A DNA stretch of 64,000 bases. Source: Octopus bimaculoides. Taxonomy: Eukaryota. Shown here in pieces: positions 23,429-35,910 of the stretch. How positions within the stretch are numbered: position 1 is the stretch's first letter; each line of letters opens with the position of its first letter. The DNA is taken from assembly GCF_001194135.2 (NCBI RefSeq), contig NC_068989.1, positions 73,486,485-73,550,484 on the forward strand, read 5' to 3'. Below the pieces are notes generated by a model. The model worked only from the letters and a program-made list of their open reading frames with translations, made no database searches and was not told where the DNA came from. The translations under genes were made by a program, and so were the position numbers.

Positions 23429-25006
23429 TGATCATGGTTAACCTGGGGTTAAACAACAACAGCTGCCAATATGTATTTATACTATTTATTATAGTCTTGT
23501 GCCTATGTAGGCTTTATGTAGATGTTGTCCTTATTTAACCCTAGGTTAGCCTAATGAAGCAGATTTAGGTTCAAAGGATCAAAGACATTCTAGTTCTAGC
23601 TATGATCATTTAGTTAGGTGTGGGTAGGGTAATCCAGTACAATGTATCAAGGACTACATTTATTAATAGTCCTTCCCTTTTGTTTGTCCCTAAATAGTCA
23701 TGTGATCAACTAGAAATAGCAGCCAAATTATCCTCTTATTTCAAATCCTATAGTCTTAGAAAAAGAAAAGACACATTGATTAATGTAGTCCCAGATACGC
23801 TGAGGGTGGAAGTTCTTGTTGTTGTTGCTGTCATTGTCATTTAGTCTTCGATCAGCTCTGATCAGATAGAACTATTATCAAAATCATAGTTTTGCATGAT
23901 CATAGTGTGGTCATGACCATCCCATCTTTTTTCCTTGGCACAGTGGAATCTATATTAGCCAACCTGTCTTTCATTTCTAAGACTTAAAGTGTGTGATTTG
24001 AAGGAACTTTGCAATTATTTCTAGCAGGTCAAAGGACTATAATGAGGCTCTATTGTCTGAACTTATGAGTGTGTGTATGTGTTTTGGGTTTGGGTTGGGA
24101 GTTTGTTTGTAAACAGAACTAGTAATTGTTAACTCCATATTGCATAAATTCTCAAGAATTACCTGGACCATAATGGAAGCTATGAACAAGAGGATTTAAA
24201 GTAAATATCTATGTCTTTGTGAAAAGCAATTCCATTGGTATTTTTGGCTACTGGTTATTTTGCAATCTTAATAATACTTTGCAAGGATATCAAAGAATAG
24301 TTTTATAGAATAATGTCTTTTATTCACATTTGGAATATGATTTTCCGTTGTCTTTTTTCTTCGTTTTCTTTTCTTTTGATTTGTTTTGCTCTGTTTACAT
24401 ACATATGTATACCTAGTAGCATGCTTTCAATTTTACATGAATATGTACTCACATGAATATATACTTCCATATAAAATGTTTATTTATACTTCCACACGAA
24501 TATATATACTTATACATAAGCATGTGTCCTCACACATACATACACATATTACACACATAAGCATACAGGCATCATAATTTTCATTGTATGCTTTCATTAT
24601 GGTTAGATAAATATTTGATTTCTATATGCTGTGGTTGTTGTGGCTGTGATCAAAGTTATTCCTTTTAAACCATCCTATTTGTGTTCCAGGCTTTGTATAG
24701 TCCAGTTTACATTATCCATTATGTCATTTTCCTTTTGAAACAATAAGGTATGATTTGTTGGAAATTTGGTTGATATTTATTTTTAGAATGATCACATGCA
24801 GGCTTCCTTATTCATTTAATACATTTGTTATTAGAATTGTTGCCCTTTCTTCAGGCTACAAACTTTTGAGCAAGCCACATGACTGGTACATATTTTAGCG
24901 TGAATAAGCAATTTGGGCTTTAGTTGGAAACGGAATTCAGAATATAAAGGACTGTGACTAAATACCACTAGCGTTTTCTTTTTATCTCCTAAGTTCACTG
25001 CTTGTT

Positions 25007-25325
25007 GATGGAGTGAGGAAAGCTTTGGTGGTTAGAGGTGTTGGAGTGAGAGAGGCAAGAGAATTTATAAATGATAGAAAAACTTGGAGAGTGTTTGTGG
25101 ATGGATGAGTGAATTTGATGTTGCTCAAAGAGGTACGGAACCAGCATGATGCGGTGGGGGTAAACCAGCATATGTTGTCGGGCCCCACTGCTGATATTGG
25201 GGGTTGCATTCTATGCCTTGATCCGAGCATAGAACGGGGCTCACCTTTTTGAGTTGGGAAATGAATGGAATGCCTGGTGTGTGTCTTGTGGCTACCCCCT
25301 CCTAAAAAACTGGGGAATAGGCCTA
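25007..25325 (+). mobile_element. 3' end of a second RTE-like LINE lineage
   Basis: 25007-25108 translates DGVRKALVVRGVGVREAREFINDRKTWRVFVDG*, matching the RTE ORF2 terminal D-V...DR--WR pattern; followed by a GC-richer putative 3'UTR. Confidence 0.55.
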
Positions 25326-25707
25326 GATATATAATAAAAGAAAAAAGTTCACTGCTCTACAAAGCTGGATATGCTGATGATGCTGTCAGCTGATTCTGAC
25401 TAGCAGAATGTATCCTTTCAGCAAGAAACAGAAGTGCAGATACTCCAATCTAGTTTCTAATAACAGTTTCGAAGGTAGGTACAACGCCAGAAATCTCAAA
25501 TCTTGGAACATTTTATTATAGTACCCCAAGTATGTAACTGGTACTTCATTTTATCAATCTCAAAAGAACATAAAGTAGTGTTCCACTGACCCTATAGTAC
25601 CCAGCTGGTATCAATCCTGACAAGAGGAAAAGCAAAGTTAACTTCAATGGAATCTGAACTCAGGACTATTTTATCTGGCACAGTAACAATTCTGCCAGTT
25701 TGCTACC

Positions 25708-25745
<38 letters not shown>

Positions 25746-25746
<1 letters not shown>

Positions 25747-26184
25747 CTTGGAACCACAGATTTTCTTGTCAGTTGTTTGACCTTAACCAGTTGAGCATGT
25801 CCCTTGGTGGCTGACGATATGTGCATCTCTGATCACGAGCAGAAGCAGTGGGGTAGCATCATAGCCATGTGTTGAGAGGAATTCTTTGGGGTTTGGATAA
25901 TTCACCTTTGGAAACATGGGTGTTTTGCTCATCATCCTTAAACAAACCTTATTCAGGGACCTTTTGAGCGGGATGGGCTACTCGACCTGAAGAAAATTCT
26001 AACTGGTCCCCATCTGCGAGGTCATGCGCTGTTTATCTTGATATGAGATCACAATGTTGCACACATATAGTTGTAATGGATGTGCCTGGTGTACCCTTAT
26101 CAGACAGGTAGTCATGATGGGTATACAGGATTTTGTATATTTTACCCCAGTGTCACTTTGATGGTATGCACTGCTCTCTCACTC
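25746..26184 (+). mobile_element. Element 'H', copy 2 (left-truncated), with (AAT)n on both sides
   Basis: (AAT)n at about 25710-25745 and 26185-26246; the body matches about 2325-2750. Confidence 0.8.
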
Positions 26185-26218
<34 letters not shown>

Positions 26219-26829
26219 GTAATAATCATAATGATAATAATAATAATCGTTTTTACTATGAGCACAAGGCCTGAAATCTGGTGGGAGGGAGATTGTTGAA
26301 TACTTTGACATTAGTGCTCAACTGGTACTTATTTCATCGACCTCAAAAGAATAAAATGCAAAGTTGACCTCAACAAAATTTGAACTCAGAATGTAAAGAC
26401 TTGAAATGCCAGTAAGCATTTCATCTAGGGTGTTAACAATTCTTTCTGTAGTAGTTTCTTTCTGTGATCTCAGAGATCATGCGAAGACTGTAGGTATATC
26501 CCATTCCTCCAGACTAAATCAATAGAAAAAAAATTTAGCTGTGCTGCTGCTGCTGTTGTTGTTGTTGTTGATGGTGGTGGTGGTGGTGGGGGGAGATGGT
26601 GTTATAATTCTTATATATCAGAGTTCTAAACTTCATAATTGTGTCAGATGCAGCTTATAGAGAGCTAGATGCTGGAATCTGATACAGTAAAGAATTAGAA
26701 CAACTGCAGCCACTACAGGCAGCTGCAAAAAAATCTGCAACATCAGCAACAAACACAATTATTGTTTTTTTTTTGTTTCCAATATTTTCTTTTTGTATAT
26801 TTCATTTAGTGATTTTATTTCCAGGAATA

Positions 26830-27460
26830 TTTGTCGTTGTTGTTGTTGCTTAACTTCCAAGTTGGCTCTGATCAAAAGGCAGACATTCAAATTATGACCA
26901 TCCTGTCATAGGTTGTGTAAAAGACACTATATAATTTAGTCTGTCCTTCTTTCATGATAATAAGATGTGGTTTGAATAAGATATGACTGCTGTTTTCTAG
27001 AAGATCAATTAACCATATTTAAGCTCTGTCATTGCCTCATCTCTATGTTAGTCATAGCAGGTTGGGCATCTATACAGAGAGCTCCTATATTGACTCATTT
27101 GCCAGCTATTTCTTGCAAACTGAGTGACCACATTTAGGCTACTTCATTGGCTCATTTGGTTGCTGTTCTTAGTAGTTTGAGAGACTATGGAGAGTGCTGT
27201 CTGATTGAATCACTTGGCTGCTGTTTCTAGCAGGCCAAGCATTTATGGAGAAACCTCCTTTACTGGCCAATTTTACTGACCATGTATAGATTCTTTCATT
27301 AACATTTGGTTGTTATTTTTAGCAAGTCAAACAATCCTATGTAAGCTTCCTTTTTGGCTTGTTTAGTGACCATGTATGTACAGGGTCCTTCAGTAATTCA
27401 TTTGATTGCTATTTATAGCATGTCAAGCAATCATGTAGAGGGCTCCTTCATTGGCACATA
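26830..27460 (+). repeat. Degenerate interspersed family 'F' with a tandem array of its about 55-60-bp 3' unit
   Basis: Recurrent TT(G/A)G(C/T)TG(C/T)T(A/G)TTT(C/T)TAG(C/T)A...CCATGTAGAG..CTCC motif. Single F copies lie near 7700-7880, 23820-24060, 36200-36420, 41400-41590, 54150-54340, 56665-56830 and 62625-62810. Confidence 0.55.
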
Positions 27461-27799
27461 TTCTTTCGAGGTGATTAGTGTTTCTGTTCTATGTGGTTGG
27501 TTGCCATGCTAGATATAGCAGCTAAACCTCTTTCGAATCATATTTTTCTGTCTTAAAAAACTACCAAAGGAAAGGATACCCTGGATAATATAGTTCTCTT
27601 GTAGTTCTGAAAACTTTGTATGAAATAAAGATGTGATCATTTCATCTTTCATTACTGGTCATCTTGGTTAGGGCTGGTCAAGGCTGTGTGGTAAGGACGG
27701 ATTTCCTTTCATAGTGCCTGAAGGGAGTAATATTGACTGATGTTGGGGATGGGGGATGAATTGCCATGTTTTATAAAAGTAAGCTGGTTTCCAATGTTT

Positions 27800-28032
27800 T
27801 TAACCCTTTAGAATTTTTATCTGGCCATTTCAAGCCTAAATATTCTATCTTGTGTTCTATTTTGAAATTAGTCAGATATGATCTCTCACACCTACCCTAT
27901 AATGTCATTTTCTAAAAATATACAAACACACCATTGAAATCTTGAAGCTACAAGATAATACATGATTAATTGAAAACGATGTGAATAAATAAGCATTACT
28001 TTTGACAGAGAAATCCGAATGCTAAGGGTTAA
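27800..28032 (-). mobile_element. TTAA-flanked piggyBac-like MITE, copy 3 (opposite orientation)
   Basis: TTAA-CCCTTTAG...GCTAAGGG-TTAA; the interior is the reverse complement of copy 2. Confidence 0.75.
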
Positions 28033-29179
28033 ACTTGCCCAACACATCATGGTGAAGAAAGAATTCTATGCATGCAAAGTATATTTTTTATGTTTGTATA
28101 TTTATTTTGCAAAATTTCTGATGCGAAATCATGTGTTGAAACATATTATTATATTTCAGGATGGCCATTGTTCATTTTCTTTATGCCAAATAAACACATC
28201 ATTATATATTCATTCTTCACTTCAGCATTATTATTGTTCTCATTTTAGTGTCTTTTGTCTAAAATCTTTTGTCACACATCCTGTGACCTTTTCAGCAACT
28301 CTCCATCCCACATATCTCATCTCATTAATATATTTTGTTTTCTCATTAATACAACAACAGTTTCTTACTGAATTTGATAAATGGTAAATGTGTGGAATCC
28401 ATCAGTCACCCCCCACACCACCAATATTGCCCTAACTCTTCGAAACGCTTAGTTTTAGAATGATGGCAGCTAATGAAGGAAATGTTCTCTTATGTGGCCT
28501 GTGTGTTTTCTGTACTCTGTTTATCATTTTGTCCACGTTTTTTTTGCAATGTCCTGTACCCAAATATGCATCTATATATACATGTAGATGTAGGTATGTA
28601 CATACATGTACGTATATATGCATATACTCATTTATTATTTGTATATATATATTGTTGTATTTTGGGATGGTCACATTTTTCCTTTGTCAAATAGACATAC
28701 ACATTATATATTCATTCTTCACTTGTTTATTACTGTTCTTATTCTATCTCATGTCCATTTCTGGAAATCTTTTATCACACATCTGTGATCCCCTCAGCAG
28801 CACTTTCTGTCTTCGTGTGTGCTCTTGCTCTGTTTATTCCATTCTGTTCTTCTATGATTTGTCTCCTTATATGCGCATGTGTATGTACGTATGTGTGTGT
28901 GTGTCATTGTCCTTAGTAGCACTATGACCCTCCCTTCAGCCCCATTCCCTACCCCGTTGGTGCTGCTGCTGCTTCCTTTGAACCTGACTTTTTGTACCAT
29001 TCTTGTAACTCACTGTGTTTGTGTGTTCGCCCATGCTGCTGCCATTTGGCAAAACAAAAAAAAAAATTACCATTCTGAAATACAATATCTGTTCCAGCAC
29101 ATGACTTTACATCAGGAATCTTGCAACACAAATTCATAAACATGCATAGAAATGCGTGTGTGTGTATTGACACATACAC

Positions 29180-29217
<38 letters not shown>

Positions 29218-29438
29218 AAAGAATTTGCATGGAAAGACAACAAAAGAATACACGGAAAACTGGAAAAAAACTCACAAATGATGTGGACATGCTCATCCCT
29301 CATTAATTATCAACCAAAAATCCTCACAGCCTCATGCCATTACTAAGATTGTTCATTTTGGTGGCTTCATCACCAACACGCTGCTGGAATAAATGATCAG
29401 GCATAAAGAAGAACATGAGACATGATAAAAACATAAGC

Positions 29439-29752
29439 AAACAAGAGCACTCAGAGAGCGCAAACCTCCGCCAAAGCAACACCAATGTCCTCTCAATGAT
29501 TAGCCAGAGATGATTTCTAAAGTGAGAATATCTGAAATAAACATGACTGTTCTCACAAACAAGAATACTAACAATGAACCCAACTGCTCTCAAAAATTAA
29601 GTACAAAAACAGAATCCTTGTCCGGTACCAGATCGATCACAAAATCAAACATCCCTGAAAGTTTTATCTGAATCCATCCAGCAGTTCTTGGGATATCTTG
29701 TCCATGGACAAACAAACACAACTGAAAACACCTTTGCTAAGGTGGAGGTAAT
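29439..29752 (-). mobile_element. Helentron/DINE-1-like element 'G', copy 2 (internally deleted)
   Basis: ACAAGAGCACTCAGAGAGCGCAAACCTCCGCCAA...GCTAAGGTGGAGGTAAT. Confidence 0.65.
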
Positions 29753-29794
29753 GATAAACAACATGGGCATTTTATATATATATATATATACACA

Positions 29795-30405
29795 CGCTGG
29801 CATGGCTGTGTGGTAAGAAGCTTGCTTCCCAGCCACACCATTCTGGGTTCAGTTCTACTGCATGGCATCTTGTCCAAGTGTCTTCCACCATACCCTCGGG
29901 CTGAGTGGATTCGGCACTTGGAAACTGAAAGAATCTCATCGTATATATATTGGGTTGTCCGGAAAGTTTGTGCCGATTTTTAAAGGAAGGGAAAAAGGTC
30001 AATAAATACTTGCTATTACATTTTTAATCAACCAAATATGAACCATTTTGTTGCACAATGCATCTCCATCTTTCCTTTAACTTGAAAATACCCTCTTCCC
30101 AGAATTGAGGTGGTTTCATGGCAAATAAGTCAAAAGGTAAGCTACTATAAATCGGCATGAACTTTCCAGACAACCCAATATTTATGTGAGTGTGTCTTTG
30201 TGTCTGTGTTTGTCTCCCCAGCATCACTTGACTACTGATGCAAGTGCGTTTATGTCCCTGTAACTTAGTGGTTCAGCAAAAAAGACCGTTTGGATAAGTA
30301 CTAGGCTACAAAGAATAAGTCCTGGGGTCAATTTCTTTGACTAAAAGACCCCTCTACGGTCGTGTTCCAGCATGGCTCCAGTCAAATGACTGAATCAAAT
30401 AAAAG
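29795..30405 (+). mobile_element. SINE family A interrupted by a mariner MITE
   Basis: 5' half at 29795-29947 and 3' half at 30181-30405 flank the MITE. Confidence 0.8.
29948..30180 (-). mobile_element. Tc1/mariner MITE with TA target duplication
   Basis: TA-TTGGGTTGTCCGGAAAGTTTGTGCCGATTT ... AAATCGGCATGAACTTTCCAGACAACCCAA-TA (about 30-bp TIR, 3 mismatches). The interior encodes PPQFWEEGIFKLKERWRCIVQQNGSYLVD*, a mariner transposase C-terminus pattern. Confidence 0.9.
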
Positions 30406-32063
30406 AATATATCCTATATATGCTACTAAGCATTTTGCTTGGCATGCTAACGATTCTGCCTGCCCACAGGAATTACTGGATGATGTAATCCTTGATGATC
30501 AAACGAACAAACAAATAAATAAATGGGGATGTCATGACTGGAATACCTTTGATCATAGGTTAGATCTGCTCAACCCGGACTGACCTTGGGTTGAACAATA
30601 GCAGATATCAATAACAACAACAAGAACTAGAACATCAGTAACACATACCACTTATAATAATAACAGCAGTGTCAACAACAAGCAGCATGACAATGAGTGA
30701 CAGCATCTACAATAATAGCAATACAATACTCTGCAACAGCTGTTGTATTTCTTAATTTCAGAGATTGAAAAAAGAGAGAGAGAGAGAGAGAGTGTGTGTG
30801 TGTGTGAGAAAGTGTTGATGAGGTGGTGGGAAGGAAGAGGACAATAGGGATGTATAGTGAAGGCTAAGTAATTTCTATAATGTCACAGGTGTCCGGAAGA
30901 AAAAAAAAAACAAAGAGAAAAAAAAATGAATGGGATAATCTTGATTGTGTTGCAGAGAATATAGAGTGAGATAATTGATTTATTGTTGATAGAGAAAGCT
31001 AGCAGAGAAAGACATTGATCACCTGTACATATGTTATTGCCGTGTCCTGTAGTGCAATTTGTGTACTAATATATATANNNNNNNNNNNNNNNNNNNNNNN
31101 NNNNNNNNNNNNNNNNNNNNNNNNNNNNNNNNNNNNNNNNNNNNNNNNNNNNNNNNNNNNNNNNNNNNNNNNNNNNNNNNNNNNNNNNNNNNNNNNNNNN
31201 NNNNNNNNNNNNNNNNNNNNNNNNNNNNNNNNNNNNNNNNNNNNNNNNNNNNNNNNNNNNNNNNNNNNNNNNNNNNNNNNNNNNNNNNNNNNNNNNNNNN
31301 NNNNNNNNNNNNNNNNNNNNNNNNNNNNNNNNNNNNNNNNNNNNNNNNNNNNNNNNNNNNNNNNNNNNNNNNNNNNNNNNNNNNNNNNNNNNNNNNNNNN
31401 NNNNNNNNNNNNNNNNNNNNNNNNNNNNNNNNNNNNNNNNNNNNNNNNNNNNNNNNNNNNNNNNNNNNNNNNNNNNNNNNNNNNNNNNNNNNNNNNNNNN
31501 NNNNNNNNNNNNNNNNNNNNNNNNNNNNNNNNNNNNNNNNNNNNNNNNNNNNNNNNNNNNNNNNNNNNNNNNNNNNNNNNNNNNNNNNNNNNNNNNNNNN
31601 NNNNNNNNNNNNNNNNNNNNNNNNNNNNNNNNNNNNNNNNNNNNNNNNNNNNNNNNNNNNNNNNNNNNNNNNNNNNNNNNNNNNNNNNNNNNNNNNNNNN
31701 NNNNNNNNNNNNNNNNNNNNNNNNNNNNNNNNNNNNNNNNNNNNNNNNNNNNNNNNNNNNNNNNNNNNNNNNNNNNNNNNNNNNNNNNNNNNNNNNNNNN
31801 NNNNNNNNNNNNNNNNNNNNNNNNNNNNNNNNNNNNNNNNNNNNNNNNNNNNNNNNNNNNNNNNNNNNNNNNNNNNNNNNNNNNNNNNNNNNNNNNNNNN
31901 NNNNNNNNNNNNNNNNNNNNNNNNNNNNNNNNNNNNNNNNNNNNNNNNNNNNNNNNNNNNNNNNNNNNNNNNNNNNNNNNNNNNNNNNNNNNNNNNNNNN
32001 NNNNNNNNNNNNNNNNNNNNNNNNNNNNNNNNNNNNNNNNNNNNNNNNNNNNNNNNNNNNNNN

Positions 32064-32106
<43 letters not shown>

Positions 32107-32925
32107 TTGATAACAGGTGTTGGTTTGTTTATATCCCCATAGCTTGGTGGTTAGGCAAAAGCAACTGATAGAATAAGTACTGAAGTGGATTTGTTCAACT
32201 AAAACACTTCAAGGCAATGCTCCAGTATGACCATCATCTGATGACTGAACCAACTAAGAAATAGAAGATATATGTGGCTGTCTATATATTATATATTATA
32301 CATATATGTGTGTGTGTATGTGTGTATAAAAAGGGTTATAAAATGATGATGATGATGAATATGATGATATACACACACATTTACACTCTCATGGTGTATA
32401 AATACATATACATATGTATATACATGAGTGCACATACACACACATTTGTGAAATGAGTATATAATTAGATCTATATGTTTGTATGCATGCACATATATTT
32501 GTGTATGTGTGTGCAATGTAGAGTAATTATTATTTGTGTACATGAACTTAATTACTACAGATTTGCAGAGAAATATATATAATATATATATAAACACAAT
32601 ATACACACACACATACATATATGTATAGGTTTTCATGTTTGTGTTTAAGATGCGCATTAACATGTGTATGTGCGCTTTATCTAATGTCGTGATTATCTGC
32701 GTACATTATCTAAATTAATACAGATCTGCACGTGTTATATAGAAGACTGAGTCTGTACAAGCTTGTAAGTTGTCATTCATATGTAAACATGTTAAATATG
32801 TCTTGCCTCTCATATAACATTACATATGTGTTAAACATATGTAACGAGTACTTGGCATTTACCTGCTCGCTTATGAAAAGGCTTACGTGTGAATATGTGA
32901 GTAAAAAAGAGCTGTTGCCATTATG

Positions 32926-32962
<37 letters not shown>

Positions 32963-33073
32963 ATGTATGTGTGTGTGTGTATGCATGTTTGTATTAATAT
33001 ATGTATGTATGTGTGTATATATATATGTGTGCGTGTGTATACATATATAAAAGCAAATACACACACACACACA

Positions 33074-33133
<60 letters not shown>

Positions 33134-33519
33134 CATGTATACACCTATATATACATATATATCTACTTTGTTATTAAAGCTGCAAAAACATTACAAAAGC
33201 TGGCTGCTACTCAGAGCTTCATGTTCCTGTTTGGTGGACAGTTGTGATTCAGCTGGTACACATACACACACACATATATATGCATACATGCACAAATATA
33301 TATATACATCTAGATATCAGTAAGTGTGTGTGTATTTACTAACACATAGGGTGTGCCAAACATCAACCATAAAAATTAAAACACATTTGATATATGCTGC
33401 ATATTTCAAAAACAGTATCAATGTACTTTATACATACATACACATGCACACACAAACATCAAAATACACACACTCACATCCACATGCATACACACATGCA
33501 TATGCATATATTTGCTCTT

Positions 33520-33960
33520 CATTTATAGAATGTGAAGCATCTCTAAAATTGATCACAAGGAAAATAGACGACATGTCAGATCTTGATTATTGGAATTGTC
33601 TTGAGAAGCTCAAACTTTATTCTCTCCAAGGTCACTATGAGCCCTATATTATTTGTATGGAGTGGAAAATACTCGAACATCATTGCCCAAATGATGTTGG
33701 CATCAACTTCAGAATTCAGCCGAGGCTTGGTCCCTGCGTCATCTATCCTCTACAAATATCATGCCTGCATCACATCATAACTGTAAGACAAGACTATTTC
33801 ACCTCAACTGGCCCTGCTTTCTTTAACACCACGTTAAGACACATAAGACAAAAAAGATCTCATAACATTCAAACTGGTTCTCGACAAATATCTCCAACAA
33901 TTTCTAGATGAACCACCTACACTAGGATATATATCTGCAAGCAATAACTCTTTACTCGAA
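33520..33960 (+). mobile_element. CR1-like (CR1/L2 group) LINE ORF2 3' fragment, degraded
   Basis: TRKIDDMSDLDYWNCLEKLKLYSLQ...YII..WKILE...PRLG...GPAFFN, then after a frameshift FKLVLDKYLQQFLDEP. This resembles the CR1-group Y-ERL-L-L-SL and FK--LD-FL terminal motifs. Confidence 0.7.
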
Positions 33961-34095
33961 TGCGCTATGAAACATCATTAAATGTCTTTTCCAGGTGGTG
34001 ATATTAAGTTAGGCAAGGCCTGGGCCAGTTCTGGCCAAAACTTATCTAAGTATCTAAGTGTACACAGTTCTCAAGACAGTCAAAAGTTGCAAAGA

Positions 34096-34424
34096 TCAGT
34101 GGTTAGAGTTTTGGGCTCACAATCACGAGGTAGTGAGATCAATTCTTGGACCAGGCTGTGTGTTGAGTTCTTGAGCAAGATACTTTATTTCATGTTGCTC
34201 CAGTTCACTCAGCTGTAGAAATGAGTTGTGCTGTCACTGGTGTCAAGTTGTATCGGCCTTTGTTTTTCCCTTGGATAACATCAGTGGCATGGAGAGGAAG
34301 GGAGGCTGGTATGCATGGGCAAATACTAGTCTTCCATAAACAACTTTGCCTGGACTTGCGCCTTGGAAGAGAATTTTCTAGGTGCAATCCCATGGTCATT
34401 CATGACTGAAGGGGGTCTTTACCT
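34096..34424 (+). mobile_element. SINE family I
   Basis: Colinear with 44252-44579; tRNA-like head (CAGTGGTTAGAG...GAGATCAATTCTTGG). Confidence 0.75.
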
Positions 34425-35435
34425 TTGCCTACCCCATTTTAGACCTTTTCATCAATATCTATGTTCTGTAGTCTATGAACACCCAAACATAGGAAGTTTT
34501 CTGCTGTTACAGGGACATAAACAGCAGCTAAGTTACAGGGACCAGCATCAGTAGTCAAGTGATGCTGGGGAGACGAACACAGACACAAAGACACACATAA
34601 ATACTGCAGTTTTCCCCTGCTTTACATATACCCAAATGGTTGTAACAGGTTCCTGCATGTTGGATGTTCAATGATGCAAAACATTTTGCTTTTCTTATGT
34701 TGGGAATTAGATTTACATATTCTTCTATGCATCAGTGATTATGTTGCCTATTGTCTGTAGTTCTACTGAAGTTGCACCACTTGTAGCGTCAGCTGTATGC
34801 TGAAGTTGGTGAAGACACGTAGTTTATTTGTTATCGTATTTGACTCACAATTACTAGTTATGAATTTGATTTCTAGTGGCACGTTGTGTCCTTGAGCAAG
34901 GCACTTTATTTTGTATTGCTCCAAGTTCACTCAGCTAACAAAAATGAGTTGTACCTGTAATTGAAAGGGTCAGCCTTGTCACATTAAGAGAACTACATTA
35001 AGGGTATTCATATTTGTAGAGTGCTCAGCCACTTGCACATTAATTTCATGAATTGGCTGTTCTGTTGATTGCATCAACTGGAACCCTTGTCATCATAACT
35101 GACTGAGTGCCAGTATTTTAGTTTTATGCTCAAGTTGAATCATTGATAAAGCTGTGGTCTTTGCTCTATCATGGAGTGTGCCAGGGAAGAATGGCTGAAA
35201 AATACTATTGTGCTGAAAACCAGGCCATATTGGAGGTTAAATTTTGAAGGTTTCTGTGCTCTAATAGAGGGTAATGATTGCACAACTGCATTGTTGTTCT
35301 TGTTGGGAGAAACCACATGAAGCTGTGGCCTGACCAAAAGTAATGGAAGTCAGAGATTCTTGGTGCAGTATGGTGAAACATGTCTCAGTTGCAGCTGTTT
35401 GAGTAAGGTGGAGGAAAAGGAGAAGTGGATAGCAG

Positions 35436-35451
35436 CAGTAGTAGTAGTAGC

Positions 35452-35503
<52 letters not shown>
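35436..35503. repeat. (GTA)n microsatellite
   Basis: Seen directly; explains the poly-Val and poly-Thr track ORFs. Confidence 0.95.
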
Positions 35504-35735
35504 ACGATAATGCTTTTCAATTTTGACACACTGTCTAATTTTGGCACAAGGCCTGCAATTTTGAAAGGAGGGGGAAGTCTATTACATTGACTTCAGTGTT
35601 CAACTGAAACTTCATTGACCCCAAAAGGAAGAAAGATAAAGTTGACCTCAGCAGTATTTATTTTGTCCGGCATATTAATGATTCTGCTGTCTTACTGCCT
35701 TTAGAGTGTAACACTAATAATAATATGAAATTCTT

Positions 35736-35910
35736 CATCATCATCATCATCGTCGTTTAACGTCCGCTTTCCATGCTAGCATGGGTTGGACGATTTGGCA
35801 GAGTTTCTACAGCTGGATGCCCTTCCTAACGCCAACCACTCAAAGAGTGTAGTGGGTGCTTTTACGTGCCACCGGCACGAAGGCCAGTCAGGCGGTACTG
35901 GCAACGGTGC
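35736..35910 (-). mobile_element. Short RTE 3'-tail element (one 3'UTR module)
   Basis: CATCATCGTCGTTTAACGTCCGCTTTCCATGCTAGCATGGGTTGGACG...GGTGCTTTTACGTGCCACCGGCAC. Confidence 0.85.

Noticed and set aside
35140-35400. GC-moderate unique stretch with short ORFs on both strands
   Set aside because: All three frames after the candidate minus-strand acceptor stop within about 45 codons; nothing recognisable.
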